A stretch of DNA of 64,000 bases from an uncultured Desulfosarcina sp. (GCA_963674945.2 CAXXWQ010000004.1:448001-512000); one strand, 5' to 3'. Shown: positions 1 to 10,817, counted from the first letter of the stretch. Notes: a model not told the origin generated them from the sequence alone. Numbers and translations are program-made.

Positions 1-796
1 CATTTCGCCCGGAAAAGTATCGCTCCCTCATCTCCTTTGGCGTCAGGCTCTCAACGACCTCGAACCCCATTTTACCGACCTGGTCCAGAAAAACCTGCGG
101 ATCTAAAAACGAAAGCTTGGCCTCTCCGACTTTGGCGGCGTGTTGGTGGCCGATTTCGACCTCGGGGACATCTTCGGGATAGACAAACTCCATGGATACA
201 TTGTAATCGAAGATGATTTCGCTGCCGGTGCAAAACGATGCCGCCAGCGATTCCAAAGAACGGATTACCGCCTCATGGGTCAGGTATGGCACCGTACCCA
301 ACCAGGAAAAAAAGACCCGGCTCTCCTTCCGGAAGGAGGAGCGACCGAGGGCATCCGTGATTGTCTCATGCTCCAGATCGGCAGGGATGAACTCCAGCGT
401 TGCCGGCAATTCCCGATCGAGATGAGCCAGCATATCCTGCTTCCATGCCTGCGTCTCGGGGTGGTCTATCTCGTACACACGAACCTTTTCCATTAAATCC
501 GGACGCCGCAGCGCAAAGGTATCCATGCCTGCCCCTAAAATAACATACTGATCGATACCCGACCGTATCGCTTCTTCGAGAAGATTCTCGGTATAACGCG
601 CGCGACCGAGCACGATGGCAGCACTGCTGCTGGGTCGGGTTTGTTTCCCGCTCATGACATACTCGCGCATTTCCGGGCCGATGAGTTCGATGGCAAAGGG
701 ATCTTCGATAAGAAAGGGTCGTTCACCATACAAGAAATGGACTGCTCGGATTGCCGCGCAGAGCTCTGCCAGATGACTCGGTGTATTTTTTTTCAT
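1..796 (-). CDS. Class I SAM-dependent methyltransferase (leucine carboxyl methyltransferase-like), 3'-truncated by the window edge
   Basis: Not in the ORF track. Manual translation from ATG 796 gives MKKNTPSHLAELCAAIRAVH...LIEDPFA...RARYTE...QYVILGAGMDTFALRRP, the typical motifs of this family. Confidence 0.85.
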   Translation of the reverse strand, partial: MKKNTPSHLAELCAAIRAVHFLYGERPFLIEDPFAIELIGPEMREYVMSGKQTRPSSSAAIVLGRARYTENLLEEAIRSGIDQYVILGAGMDTFALRRPDLMEKVRVYEIDHPETQAWKQDMLAHLDRELPATLEFIPADLEHETITDALGRSSFRKESRVFFSWLGTVPYLTHEAVIRSLESLAASFCTGSEIIFDYNVSMEFVYPEDVPEVEIGHQHAAKVGEAKLSFLDPQVFLDQVGKMGFEVVESLTPKEMRERYFSGRN

Positions 797-929
797 TCCA
801 CTCGTTCCTTCCTAACTTTTTATTCCCATGGCAGGAAAATTCCGTTTCAACTTCATTTTTTTCCCATTTTCGATATCCATCGGGCCAATCGTTTTATTGA
901 AATTCGCTCCACATAAGCCTTTAGGTTTC

Positions 930-945
930 TGCGAGTTTTGTGCCA
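930..945 (-). promoter_or_regulatory. sigma54 (-24/-12) promoter for the methyltransferase
   Basis: Minus strand TGGCACAAAACTCGCA has GG and GC at consensus spacing; IHF-like ATTCAAGTTGTTG at 964-976. Confidence 0.7.
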
Positions 946-998
946 TGTTTTTTTTTCTTACATATTCAAGTTGTTGCGTAACCCCACCATCCCCTAAG

Positions 999-1061
999 AA
1001 CCAAATATGGTGCAAAACAGTAACCAAATATGGTGTTCAATATCTTTTTACCAAATATCGG
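999..1061. promoter_or_regulatory. Three repeated near-palindromic boxes, candidate enhancer (UAS) sites
   Basis: AACCAAATATGGTG at 999-1012 and 1022-1035; ACCAAATATCGG at 1050-1061. Confidence 0.6.
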
Positions 1062-1201
1062 ACTTCTAAAAGAACTCGTTCATTATTCCACTTAAAAAGG
1101 ACTTTTTCATAAAAAGCGTTTCCCTCGTTTTTGTCTATCTGCGAAAAAAAGAATAACGAATTTCTTGCATGCGATTGTTTGGCCGCACTCGGCCTGGAAA
1201 A

Positions 1202-1220
1202 GCTTTTTGCGAAGCCGTCA
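1202..1220 (-). repeat. TGACGGCTTCGCAAAAAGC repeat terminus overlapping the hutI stop codon
   Basis: Same motif as the ends of the 23242-23368 element and the copy at 21338-21354. Confidence 0.65.
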
Positions 1221-2483
1221 TATTTTGATTGGACGATTCTGATGAATGGTAGTCCGCCCCCCCTTGACGAGCCGGATGCAGGGGCTGCCGCCCATGCGGT
1301 AGGCCAGCTCGGCCGGTCGGTCGATCTCCCATACGGCGAAATCGGCGGCCTTGCCCACGGCCAGGGTTCCCATGCGGTCGTCCAGACCCAGGGCCCGGGC
1401 GGCATTGACGGTGAACCCGGCCAGGGCCTCGGCGGTGGTGAGGCCGAAAAGAATACACGCCTGGTTCATCATCAGAAGTGGAGAGGTGGTGGGGCTGGTG
1501 CCCGGGTTGCAGTCCGTGGCCAGGGCCATGGGGACACCGGCCCTGCGGAGGCGTTCGACCGGCGGTAACCGGGTCTCTTTGAGAAAATAGAAGGCGCCGG
1601 GAAGCAAGACGGCCGCCATGCCTGCCTTTGCCATGGCGGCGATACCGTCTTCTCCTACATATTCCAGGTGATCGGCGCTAAGGGCACTGAACCCGGCGGC
1701 CAGGACCGCTCCCTTGGAGTCGCTGAGCTGTTCGGCGTGGATCTTGACCCTCAGCCCCGCTCGGGCGGCGGCTTCAAATATCCTTCGGGTCTGCGCCGTC
1801 GAGAACGCGATCTTTTCGCAGAACACGTCCACGGCGTCGGCCAGGCTATCTGCGATCACGGCGGGCAGCATCTCATTTACGACCAGATCCACGTAGTCGT
1901 CTGGCCGATTCCGGTACTCGGGCGGCAGGGTGTGGGCACCTAAAAAGGTGGGACAGACGGTAACCTGTCCGTCTGCACCCAGCCTGCGAGCCACCCGCAG
2001 CATCTTGCGCTCGCTTTCCGTATCCAGTCCGTATCCGGACTTGATCTCCACCGTGGTCACCCCTTCGGCCATCAGTGCCGCCAGCCGTCGCCGGGACTGC
2101 GCGTACAGGTTCTCTTCCGTCGCGTCTCGTACCGCCTTTACCGTGCTGATGATCCCGCCACCGGCCCGGGCGATCTCTTCGTAGGTGGCACCGGAAAGCC
2201 GCATCTCGAACTCGCCTGCCCGGTTGCCGGCATGGACCAGGTGGGTGTGGCAGTCGATGAGCCCCGGCGTCACCCATGCACCCTTCAACCGGTGAACGGT
2301 CCCGGCCGAGGATTCGGCCGATGCCGACAGATGGCGCCGGGATCCCAGCCAAACGATGCGGCCGTCGGTCACGGCCATTGCCCCGTCCACCACGATGCCG
2401 TAGGGTTCAGGACCGGCCATGGTGGCCAGATGGCAATCCAGCCAGAGGGAATCTATGGGACCATCAAAGGGTTTGTCCGTCAT
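1218..2483 (-). CDS. hutI: Imidazolonepropionase
   Basis: [38 protein letters not shown] and ATDCNPG motifs; ATGA overlap with the ftcD stop. Confidence 0.95.
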   Translation of the reverse strand: MTDKPFDGPIDSLWLDCHLATMAGPEPYGIVVDGAMAVTDGRIVWLGSRRHLSASAESSAGTVHRLKGAWVTPGLIDCHTHLVHAGNRAGEFEMRLSGATYEEIARAGGGIISTVKAVRDATEENLYAQSRRRLAALMAEGVTTVEIKSGYGLDTESERKMLRVARRLGADGQVTVCPTFLGAHTLPPEYRNRPDDYVDLVVNEMLPAVIADSLADAVDVFCEKIAFSTAQTRRIFEAAARAGLRVKIHAEQLSDSKGAVLAAGFSALSADHLEYVGEDGIAAMAKAGMAAVLLPGAFYFLKETRLPPVERLRRAGVPMALATDCNPGTSPTTSPLLMMNQACILFGLTTAEALAGFTVNAARALGLDDRMGTLAVGKAADFAVWEIDRPAELAYRMGGSPCIRLVKGGRTTIHQNRPIKI

Positions 2484-4108
2484 GGTTCTTCCCACCGGTC
2501 ACGGAGAATCACAAGCACCTCGGCACACTTCTTTTCTGCCCGGGCCAGCAAGGCGTCGGCCTGGCCGGCGATCTCTCTGGTGAACGCCGGATCCTCTAAA
2601 CCGGCCAGGTTGATCCGCACGTTCTGATAGGCGCCCCAGATGCCGGTCTCCAGTGCCCGGGCCCCAACCTGAATGTCCGATGCCGAGGCGATATTGCCGT
2701 ATCGGGCCACATCGCACATGGCATCCCAGGCCTCGTCGGCCAGCTGCATGGTGGCCAGCGGTACCCGGGCCGCGGTCTTGAGCCCCTGTTGCATCTTCTC
2801 CTTGCGCGCCTTTCTCTCCGGTTCGGTCCCCTTGGGCATGGCCAGCCCCGCCATATACTCGTTGAAGGCCTCGGTGTCGGCGTCGATCATGGGAATCAGC
2901 TTTTGGGTCTGGTGATGCAAGGGGGCGATGATGGCCCGCATCCGAACGTCCAGGTGCTCGAATTTTCTCACCCCGTACGTGAGTTTGGCCACCATGGCGC
3001 CAAGTCCGGTCCCCAGGGCGGCCAGGACCGCCGATACCGACCCGCCCCCCGGCGCCGAACTTCTGGCGGCCACCTCTTCGATAAAAGCGCGCAGGGTCAT
3101 GCCGGCCAGTGGTTCATGGCGGGGCTCGGCCACCGCATACTCGATGATGCGCATCCTGGGATCGAAGGGGGCCACAGAATTGAGACCCAGCCGCTCAACG
3201 GCCAGTCGCACCTTCTGGTCCTCGTCCAGGATGAACAGGTTTTCCTTTTCGATGTAGTACGCGGCAACCATGAGGATCGATTCCAGGGGCACCAGGCCGA
3301 CGATCTCCGATCCGGCCACGGCCACCTTGAGCCGGGCGGCATCATTTTTCACCTCCTCGAAGAGGGTATGGATGGGGGTCACCCGGAAATCGGTGAGATT
3401 GACGGTCACCTGGGCCAGGTTGTATTCATCCACATACCAGCCCATGCCCTTTACCGCCTTGAGCCGGCCCGGCTGCTCCTCCCCTCGCCCGGCCTCACGA
3501 AGGTTGAGGGCGATGCGGTGGGCCTGGTTGGCGGTACCCAGGATGTTGACGTTGTATGCAATGAGAAAATTACGGGCACCCGTGGCCGTGGCACCCCAGG
3601 CCGGATCGAAGCGGGCCGGCCCGAAATCGGGACGCCACCGCGGATCGGCCAGTCTTCTTGCCAGCCCCTCGTATTCTCCCCGGCGGATGTCGGGCAGTTT
3701 GCGGCGGTACTCTTCGGTAGCGGCGGCCTCGTAAAGGTAGATGGGCACGTCGAGTTCTGCGGCTAGCCGATGGGCGAAAGTCCGGGCGATGTCGACGCAT
3801 TCGTCCATGGTCACATTGCGCACGGGAACGAAGGGGCACACGTCCATGGCACCGAATCGGGGATGTTCCCCCTCGTGGGTGCGCATGTCGATGCGCGCCC
3901 TGGCAACACGGGCCGCTGCCAGGGCGCCCTCGACTACGGCCTCCGGGTCGCCGACGAAGGTGTAGACCGTCCGGTTGGTGGATGCACCGGGATCCACATC
4001 CAGCAGGGTGCACCCCTTGGTTTTCCGGATCGCCTTGGCAATGGCTTCGATGGTTTCCTTGCTTCGTCCCTCGGAGAAGTTGGGAACGCATTCGACGAGT
4101 TTTGTCAT
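2480..4108 (-). CDS. ftcD: Bifunctional glutamate formimidoyltransferase / formimidoyl-THF cyclodeaminase
   Basis: [12 protein letters not shown] and [16 protein letters not shown], plus a C-terminal cyclodeaminase domain ([11 protein letters not shown]); 542 aa. Confidence 0.95.
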   Translation of the reverse strand: MTKLVECVPNFSEGRSKETIEAIAKAIRKTKGCTLLDVDPGASTNRTVYTFVGDPEAVVEGALAAARVARARIDMRTHEGEHPRFGAMDVCPFVPVRNVTMDECVDIARTFAHRLAAELDVPIYLYEAAATEEYRRKLPDIRRGEYEGLARRLADPRWRPDFGPARFDPAWGATATGARNFLIAYNVNILGTANQAHRIALNLREAGRGEEQPGRLKAVKGMGWYVDEYNLAQVTVNLTDFRVTPIHTLFEEVKNDAARLKVAVAGSEIVGLVPLESILMVAAYYIEKENLFILDEDQKVRLAVERLGLNSVAPFDPRMRIIEYAVAEPRHEPLAGMTLRAFIEEVAARSSAPGGGSVSAVLAALGTGLGAMVAKLTYGVRKFEHLDVRMRAIIAPLHHQTQKLIPMIDADTEAFNEYMAGLAMPKGTEPERKARKEKMQQGLKTAARVPLATMQLADEAWDAMCDVARYGNIASASDIQVGARALETGIWGAYQNVRINLAGLEDPAFTREIAGQADALLARAEKKCAEVLVILRDRWEEP

Positions 4109-4268
4109 CGTTTTTGCCTTTCCTTTACTGAGGTGTAGAAAACCCGGTCTCCTACCACATAACAGAAAATAAATGGCTTATCCGTATGATTGTTACAAGA
4201 ATCCAGGAGGCAGAATCCAGAATCAGGTATTCGCCTTCGGCTCGATCCATAACATCCAATCCATGGAG

Positions 4269-4460
4269 CGAACATGATGATTTGATTACGGTTTGCGGTG
4301 TTTGAGCCACTTAGGAGGCCGAATATCAGCGCCTGAGAAATGCTAAATCAGTAGATGGCATCCCCACAATTTGAATCGTATCCCAAAAGCGTTTGGACTG
4401 CGCTGATGTACGGCAGCCTTAGTGGTGAGTTCGCAAGGTATCAGCAAATTATCATGTTCG
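4269..4460. repeat. Long imperfect inverted repeat (~62-bp arms) between hutU and ftcD
   Basis: CGAACATGAT...CCACTTAGG..GCCGAATATCAGCGC (4269-4332) pairs with GCGCTGATGTACGGC..CCTTAGTGG...ATCATGTTCG (4400-4460). Confidence 0.75.
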
Positions 4461-4535
4461 TGGAAACATCAATCTTATAGTTGGGTCATGACCTTTTCTC
4501 TGTGCTCTTGTATGAAATAAAACACAACGGATTCG

Positions 4536-6557
4536 TCATCGGGCAAACAACTCTGCCACCGCCGCAATCACCTTTTTCTCATCTGCCAGATACGGAATGG
4601 TGATCTGATCGCCGTTGGAATTCTCCCGGTTGTAGTTGGCGGCCACGGCCATGGCGTTGGGATTGCGCGCCCAGTTGCGCCGTGCCACACCGCCCATCAC
4701 GTCCCAGAGCATGGCCGATCGGATAATCGCGTCCACCCGATCGGAGCCATCGAGCACCAATCCGAAACCGCCGTTGATGGCCTTTCCGATTCCGGTGCCG
4801 CCACCGTTGTGCAGGGCCACCAGGGACATGCCCCGGGCCGCGTTACCGGCGAAACAGTGGGCGGCCATGTCAGCACACACGTTGCTCCCGTCCTTCACGT
4901 TGGCCGTCTCCCGGAAGGGGGAGTCGGTTCCTCCCGGGTCATGGTGGTCGCGACCGAGCATGATGGGGCCGGTCTTTCCCTCTCTGACCATTTTGTTGAA
5001 TGCCAGGGCGATGTTCACACGGCCGACGGCGTCCTGGTAGAGAATCCGCGCCTGGCTGCCCACCACCAGCCGGTTGGCGGCGGCATCCCGGATCCAGATG
5101 TAGTTGTCCCGGTCTTCGGGACGGCGGTTGGGATCGATGCAGGCCATGGCCGCATGGTCGGTCCTGGCCAGGTCCTCGGGCCGTCCGCTCAGGCAGACCC
5201 AGCGAAATGGGCCGTACCCGTAATCGAAGATGGGCCCCATGATGTCTTCGAAATAGGAGGGAAAAACGAACCCGTCCTTGGCGTCGACGCCGTTTTTGGC
5301 AACATCGACGACGCCGGCATCGAACACGGCCTTCAAGAAGGCGTTGCCGTAATCGAAGAAAAAGGTGCCCTGGGCCGTGATCTGCCGGATCATTTGAAAG
5401 TGGCGGCCAAGGCTCCTGTCCACCAGCTTGCGAAAGGTGCCTCGGTCTTCGGCCAATAGCCGGGTGCGCTCTTCGAAAGTGATGCCCTGGGGACAATACC
5501 CGCCGTCGTAGGCCACATGGCAGGAGGTTTGGTCCGAAAGCAGGTCCACCTTGAATCGTTTTACGACCAGATGCTCCAGAAGGTCCACGACGTTGCCGTG
5601 ATAGGCGATGGAGGTGGCCCGTTTGGCCTTTACGGCAGCCTCTGCAAAGGACAATACGTCGTCAAGATCGGCGGAGACCTTCTCCACCCATCCCTGATCA
5701 AAGCGGGTCTGAATGCGGGACATGTCCACTTCGGCGATGACCGATACCGCTCCTGCGATGGTGGCCGCCTTGGGCTGGGCCCCGCTCATGCCTCCCAGAC
5801 CGGAACTGACGAAGAGGAGACCGGCCAGATTGCCGTCGGCCGGCACGCCGCACATCTTTCGACCGGCCCCCAAAAGGGTGTTGTAGGTGCCGTGGACGAT
5901 GCCCTGGGGGCCGATGTACATCCAGCCACCGGCGGTCATCTGCCCGTAGGAAGAAACCCCCATCTGCGCGGCAATCTCCCAGTCATCGGGATTGTCGTAC
6001 AGTCCCACCATCAGGCCGTTGGTGATCATCACTCGTGGATTATCCGGGGCGGACTTGAACAGTCCCAGCGGGTGGCCGGATTGCACGACCAGGGTCTGCC
6101 GATCGGTCATCGCCTCCAGATATTTCTTGATGAGGCGAAACTGCATCCAGTTCTGGCATACACTTCCCGTCTCCCCGTAAGTAACCAGTTCATACGGATA
6201 TAGGGCCACCGCAAAATCCAGGTTGTTGTCCATCATCAGTTGACATGCTTTGCCGACCAGGCAGTTTCCCTTGTATTCGTCGACGGGCTTGGCCGAAATG
6301 GCGCCATGGGGCCGGAACCGATAGCCATAAATGCGCCCCCACGTCTTCAGCTCGGCCAGAAATTCCGGAATCAAAACGTCGTGATGAAACGGAGCAATGT
6401 ACCGCAGGGCGTTTTGCAGGGCTGTGCGGGTCTGGGCGCGGGTCAGCCGGAACCCCCGGTCCGGCGCACGGCGAATGTCTTCTCGGAAGGATTCCGGTTC
6501 GGGAAGATCGTCTCCGAGACGGATGGTCATGGACTGGGTGATATCATGTTCTTTCAT
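4536..6557 (-). CDS. hutU: Urocanate hydratase, long form (~673 aa)
   Basis: YGQMTAGGWMYIGPQGIVHGTY, GLGGMSGAQPKA, SDQTSCH, GPFRW and GRDHHD motifs; start taken at MKEHDI. Confidence 0.95.
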   Translation of the reverse strand: MKEHDITQSMTIRLGDDLPEPESFREDIRRAPDRGFRLTRAQTRTALQNALRYIAPFHHDVLIPEFLAELKTWGRIYGYRFRPHGAISAKPVDEYKGNCLVGKACQLMMDNNLDFAVALYPYELVTYGETGSVCQNWMQFRLIKKYLEAMTDRQTLVVQSGHPLGLFKSAPDNPRVMITNGLMVGLYDNPDDWEIAAQMGVSSYGQMTAGGWMYIGPQGIVHGTYNTLLGAGRKMCGVPADGNLAGLLFVSSGLGGMSGAQPKAATIAGAVSVIAEVDMSRIQTRFDQGWVEKVSADLDDVLSFAEAAVKAKRATSIAYHGNVVDLLEHLVVKRFKVDLLSDQTSCHVAYDGGYCPQGITFEERTRLLAEDRGTFRKLVDRSLGRHFQMIRQITAQGTFFFDYGNAFLKAVFDAGVVDVAKNGVDAKDGFVFPSYFEDIMGPIFDYGYGPFRWVCLSGRPEDLARTDHAAMACIDPNRRPEDRDNYIWIRDAAANRLVVGSQARILYQDAVGRVNIALAFNKMVREGKTGPIMLGRDHHDPGGTDSPFRETANVKDGSNVCADMAAHCFAGNAARGMSLVALHNGGGTGIGKAINGGFGLVLDGSDRVDAIIRSAMLWDVMGGVARRNWARNPNAMAVAANYNRENSNGDQITIPYLADEKKVIAAVAELFAR

Positions 6558-6963
6558 CCTCGTTGACTCCCGATGAAAACCGCCTGCCAATACCATTCGA
6601 CAAAGCGATGGGAGGCCCTGGGCCGGGCCATGTTATAGTAAAGGAAGGTGAACGAATGCACCCGGTAGATCGAATCGTGTGATATCCCGCTGTTACTTGA
6701 TTACAAAGCATTTTCATTCATATCACCAGCCCTGGGAGAATACAACCGACCGGTGGGATCACAGCAAGGTTACCGCATTTGGATCGATTTCACTTTTCCG
6801 CGGGCATGGCTCGCTCCTACCCCAGCGAAAGGATTGGATATTCGGTCGATCTTTAACGCCCATTTAAATTTGCTGGATCAACCAGGGCATTTGAACTAAA
6901 ATGTTTGGTTTCGTACTCGCGGATCTATTCCAAATTGTAATTTTGATAGGAAAGGAATTTTAT

Positions 6964-8223
6964 ATGGTACGAAACAGGGACGAAAACCCCATAGAAAATT
7001 CTTTTTCAAGAAATGATGAAACAAGACAAATTCACAGGGTTGCGGGCTACGCGGTTTTTTTGAATCTTCTCCTCACGATCATGAAAGCCTTTCTCGCCTT
7101 TTTTTCGGGAAGCCTCGCCATTTACGCCAGTGCCGTTGACTCAGGAACCGATGCCGTAGCGTCACTCATGATTTATGGCGGGGTCAAACTCTCCACGAGA
7201 AAGACGCGGTCCTTTCCTTTGGGATTGTATAAACTCGAAAATGTCGCTTCCGTAGTTATCTCGATTTTTATTTTTATCGCGGGTTATGAAATTGTTCGGG
7301 AAATTTTTTCCGCGACCGGAGGCATGCCGCGTATCTCTCTAATTTGCATTGTACTTCTTTTTTCTGGGACCCTGGCGACACTCCTGTACGGACAGTATGC
7401 GATTGCGATCGGACGAAGGACGGGTTCTCCCACGCTGATCGCCGAGGGCCGGCACCGCCAGGTGGATGTACTGTCGTCGATTGTGGTCTTGGTTTCGGTA
7501 ATCCTCAGCTATTTCAATCTTACCTTGACTATTTTGGGGTTCACCATCGATCAGATTGGCGCCGTATTGATTCTCGTATTCATCGCCTTTGCAGGATGGG
7601 AGCTACTTTCCGACGGCATGCGGGTGCTCCTTGATGCGTCCATTGATTTTTCAACGCTGGAGAATGTACGCAAAATTATAAGGAGTGAGCCACTGGTGGG
7701 TGAAATCAAATCTCTCATGGGAAGGAACGCCGGGAGATTTCGATTTTTACAGGCGACCGTAACCTTGAAAACAGACAATCTGGAAAGAGCACACCAAATC
7801 AGTGAAGATATCGAAAGGAAAATCCGCAATCAGGTGATGCATGTCGAAAAGGTGACGATCCATTACGTGCCGCAAGAGAGATCCCATGTTCGGATCGCTT
7901 TGCCCCTCGAAGACAACAAGGACCGGATCAGTGCCCACTTTGGAGAAGCACCGTATTTTGCCTTTGTGCATATCCGTCGAAAAGACACAACAATTGAGAA
8001 ACAGCAGATTCTGGGAAATCCTCACCGATCGATGGAGACAGCGAAAGGTATTCGCGTAGCGGAGTGGTTGGTAGGAAAAGGCGTGGAACATGTCGGTTTG
8101 AAGGAGGATGTTTCCCATAGAGGACCGGGCTATGTGCTTTCCAGCAGGGGGGTGAAAATTCATCTCATATCGGCGGATCTCATGGGACAGGCAATCAGTG
8201 AGATCGTTGCCGAAGGTCTGTAA
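6964..8223 (+). CDS. Cation diffusion facilitator with C-terminal NifX/NifB-like domain
   Basis: DSGTD and HRQVD metal-site motifs, FPLGLYKLE; C-terminal ISAHFGEAPYF. Confidence 0.85.
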   Translation: MVRNRDENPIENSFSRNDETRQIHRVAGYAVFLNLLLTIMKAFLAFFSGSLAIYASAVDSGTDAVASLMIYGGVKLSTRKTRSFPLGLYKLENVASVVISIFIFIAGYEIVREIFSATGGMPRISLICIVLLFSGTLATLLYGQYAIAIGRRTGSPTLIAEGRHRQVDVLSSIVVLVSVILSYFNLTLTILGFTIDQIGAVLILVFIAFAGWELLSDGMRVLLDASIDFSTLENVRKIIRSEPLVGEIKSLMGRNAGRFRFLQATVTLKTDNLERAHQISEDIERKIRNQVMHVEKVTIHYVPQERSHVRIALPLEDNKDRISAHFGEAPYFAFVHIRRKDTTIEKQQILGNPHRSMETAKGIRVAEWLVGKGVEHVGLKEDVSHRGPGYVLSSRGVKIHLISADLMGQAISEIVAEGL

Positions 8224-8265
8224 GCCATATATTTTCAGGATATTTTCTTATCGGTAAATTTGCAT

Positions 8266-8481
8266 TCAAACGTTTCGGTTCGACCGGAAGACCTGCGACA
8301 CATCGATCCCGTCTTGTCGAACATGGAGCATGCCACTGGCACCGTTGGCCAGGGCCATTGCCAAACAGAGCGCAAAGAGGAGCCGGTTGCTCTTTTCCCG
8401 CGAGTCCTGGAAAATTACGGCCAGGCTCAACATCAACAGGAGGGCGAAAGCGATGATGGGGGGCAGGGCATAAGGATTCAT
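8266..8481 (-). pseudogene. Possible truncated N-terminal membrane (7TM sensor-like) gene fragment
   Basis: MNPYALPPIIAFALLLMLSLAVIFQDSREKSNRLLFALCLAMAL gives two TM helices resembling a sensor N-terminus, then ends abruptly. Confidence 0.4.
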
Positions 8482-8586
8482 GGCCAATGGGTCCTTTGTT
8501 TGCGATGCGGCGCCTTCATTTTGCGAAACATGGGACGATGCCAATGTTCATTGTTATCTCATGCTTTTTTTCCGGGTCGACAAATG

Positions 8587-9432
8587 CTACGGGGCAACCG
8601 CTTTCTCGATTCGTATCGTACCCGACATGCCTCTTATGTATTCGCTTCCCGATACGGCATGTCCCAGTTCATACAAACCCGAAGCGGAGCCGAAATTTTT
8701 GTAGAACATGACGACGTCTCCCCAAGGCGCATAGTAGGCCAGTGTCCCGGCCCTGGCATCCGCTTGCGGGGTGTCAGCGGTGCCCAGCTTCTTCGGCGGG
8801 TAGAAAATCTTTTCGTTGTTACCATAGTTTTCCACTGGGATGCGCAATGGCAGCTGGTCAACCAATTCCCTGGCGGCAGTGCTGCCGTTGAGTTGAAACA
8901 TGGTGGTTTTGCCGTTTGCAATGACGTTTATCTTCATGGTCGTCTGGTCCTCGGATGCTCTTGTCCCTTTTTTCTCGATGGTTGCGTTGCCTGACATTTT
9001 TTCGATCTCCTCGATTCCGGTTACGTTGATACCCAGACGGTGCATTTCGTCGCCTGCATAAAAATCCTTGTAAAGCATGAATACATCGCCCCAGGGCGTA
9101 TAGTAACTCAGTTCACCCTTTTTCCCGTCATGATACGCCTCACGCGCAGTCACACTCAGCTTTTCGGGTGGATAGAACATCCACTGGGCATCGCGAAAAT
9201 TGGTCAAATCCAGCTTCAGCGGAAGCTGATCGTATAATTTTTTTGCGGCAACGGTGTCGTACAGCCGAAAGGTTGCCCTGTGGCCGTTGGATGTGATTGT
9301 AACCTGCATATCCGATAAGGCCAGCCCATGCTTCTCCTCGGCGGGTGTTGACGCTTTTCCCTCTTTATCGAAGCAGGCAGCGAGCGTGAAGAACATCAAT
9401 CCGGCAACGATCACGGATAAAGTACGCTTCAT
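8587..9432 (-). CDS. Lipoprotein with two tandem cyclophilin-like domains
   Basis: Lipobox LAAC; duplicated LPL...FYPP.KL...G.L.YY.PWGDV.M.YK.F; strong RBS. Confidence 0.85.
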   Translation of the reverse strand: MKRTLSVIVAGLMFFTLAACFDKEGKASTPAEEKHGLALSDMQVTITSNGHRATFRLYDTVAAKKLYDQLPLKLDLTNFRDAQWMFYPPEKLSVTAREAYHDGKKGELSYYTPWGDVFMLYKDFYAGDEMHRLGINVTGIEEIEKMSGNATIEKKGTRASEDQTTMKINVIANGKTTMFQLNGSTAARELVDQLPLRIPVENYGNNEKIFYPPKKLGTADTPQADARAGTLAYYAPWGDVVMFYKNFGSASGLYELGHAVSGSEYIRGMSGTIRIEKAVAP

Positions 9433-9497
9433 GGGATCCCTCCTTTCTATCATCCCAGACCAGCCTCCCGGGATATCTTCCATGTGTATCGGAAGCA

Positions 9498-10622
9498 CTA
9501 TTTTCCATCTTCCACCCACCAGCTGTAAAATCGTGGGGGATTGCCGTCCAGTGCCATCGGCTCTCCGATTCTGGGTGTTTCAAGCCGGTACGATTTGTCC
9601 CGGCTTGCCGCTGTCAGGCGATTGAATGGCTCGTCCCAGGGATGATTGGCGATTGTGAACCGGCCCACATGGGCGGGAATCAATGCCCTGGCGCCAAGAT
9701 CCAGGGCCGCCTGGGAAGCCTCTTCCGGCGTCATGTGGATATAGGCCCAGCGCGGGTCGTACTGACCGCAATCCAGGAGAACCAGGTCGAATCCGTGAAA
9801 TACCTCCCCAATCTCGGAAAAATGGGGTCCGTAACCGCTGTCTCCGCTGAAAAATATTCGCCGATGGGAGGTTTCCAGGGCAAAGCCCGCCCAGAGGGTC
9901 TTGTTCTCTGTAAACATCCGGCCCGAGTAATGCCGCGCCGGCAGCACATGAACGGTAAAGTCCTTTCCCAGTGCGATCTCCTCCCACCAGTCCCCCTCTC
10001 GGATCGTATCCGCGGGATAATCCCAGAACTCGAAATAGGCGCCGACCCCCAGCGGGCAAATCACCTGCCTCACCTTCGGCCTGAGCGCCAAAACCGTAAA
10101 ATAGTCCAGGTGGTCCCAGTGGTCGTGGGAGATCAGCAGACAGTCGATCTCCGGCATATCTCCGGCCCCATAGATGGTGGTGCCGTCAAAGGCCCTGTTC
10201 AAGAACGAAAAGGGTGCCGCATGGTCGCTGAAGACCGGATCGATCAGAATTCGTTTGCCGCCCATCTGGATGAACCAGGATGAATGACCCAGCCAGACCA
10301 CGGTATCCGTTTCCGGGTCCAGCGCCTTCAAGTCTGTTTTGACTGCCACTACCGGTGCGTCCGGGACCAGCCGATCATTTCTGTCAGAAAAACCGCTCCA
10401 GATCACCGAAATCAGCCCGACATCTTTTGAGAACTTGGGCGTGGGTATCTGGTTTTGAAATTTTCCATCCCTGTAATGGGGAGATCCTTGAATCGGCCCA
10501 AGGCGATCCCCCTGGGGAAGTTTGCCGAATCTGGGCTGGTTGAAAACGGCACAGGCACCCAATGCGAGACAGACGACGGCCACCAGAAGACAAAACAATA
10601 CTGTATTCAATCGTTTCCCCAT
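9498..10622 (-). CDS. MBL-fold metallo-hydrolase (RomA/NAPE-PLD-like)
   Basis: WLGHSS, ISHDHWDHLD, PARHYSGR, FSGDSGY and PAH motifs; signal or lipoprotein N-terminus. Confidence 0.9.
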   Translation of the reverse strand: MGKRLNTVLFCLLVAVVCLALGACAVFNQPRFGKLPQGDRLGPIQGSPHYRDGKFQNQIPTPKFSKDVGLISVIWSGFSDRNDRLVPDAPVVAVKTDLKALDPETDTVVWLGHSSWFIQMGGKRILIDPVFSDHAAPFSFLNRAFDGTTIYGAGDMPEIDCLLISHDHWDHLDYFTVLALRPKVRQVICPLGVGAYFEFWDYPADTIREGDWWEEIALGKDFTVHVLPARHYSGRMFTENKTLWAGFALETSHRRIFFSGDSGYGPHFSEIGEVFHGFDLVLLDCGQYDPRWAYIHMTPEEASQAALDLGARALIPAHVGRFTIANHPWDEPFNRLTAASRDKSYRLETPRIGEPMALDGNPPRFYSWWVEDGK

Positions 10623-10625
10623 ATT

Positions 10626-10817
10626 CTACCTGTCCAAGGCGATCGTGACCTTTATGGTGCTTGCCAAATCCCGGACTTCCTCGATATCCGCCTGGATTTG
10701 TCCGAGGATGACCAGGTCCGGAGCCCCCGAAGAGGCCTCTTTCGTTTCGGTGAAAATCACAAAATCCTGACCGGGAATCCAATAGGCCAGATCACCGCTG
10801 CGATACCCTGCCTGCAC
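10626..10817 (-). pseudogene. C-terminal fragment of a cyclophilin-like protein
   Basis: GYRSGDLAYWIPGQDFVIF resembles the cyclophilin-like C-half; there is no room for the N-half before the upstream gene. Confidence 0.55.

Noticed and set aside
140..916. Plus-strand ORFs at the window start
   Set aside because: Antisense to the minus-strand methyltransferase that the ORF track missed.
999..1061. Direct repeats as a possible mini-CRISPR
   Set aside because: The 14-bp repeats with 9-14 bp gaps are too short, and there are no cas genes; they fit protein binding sites better.
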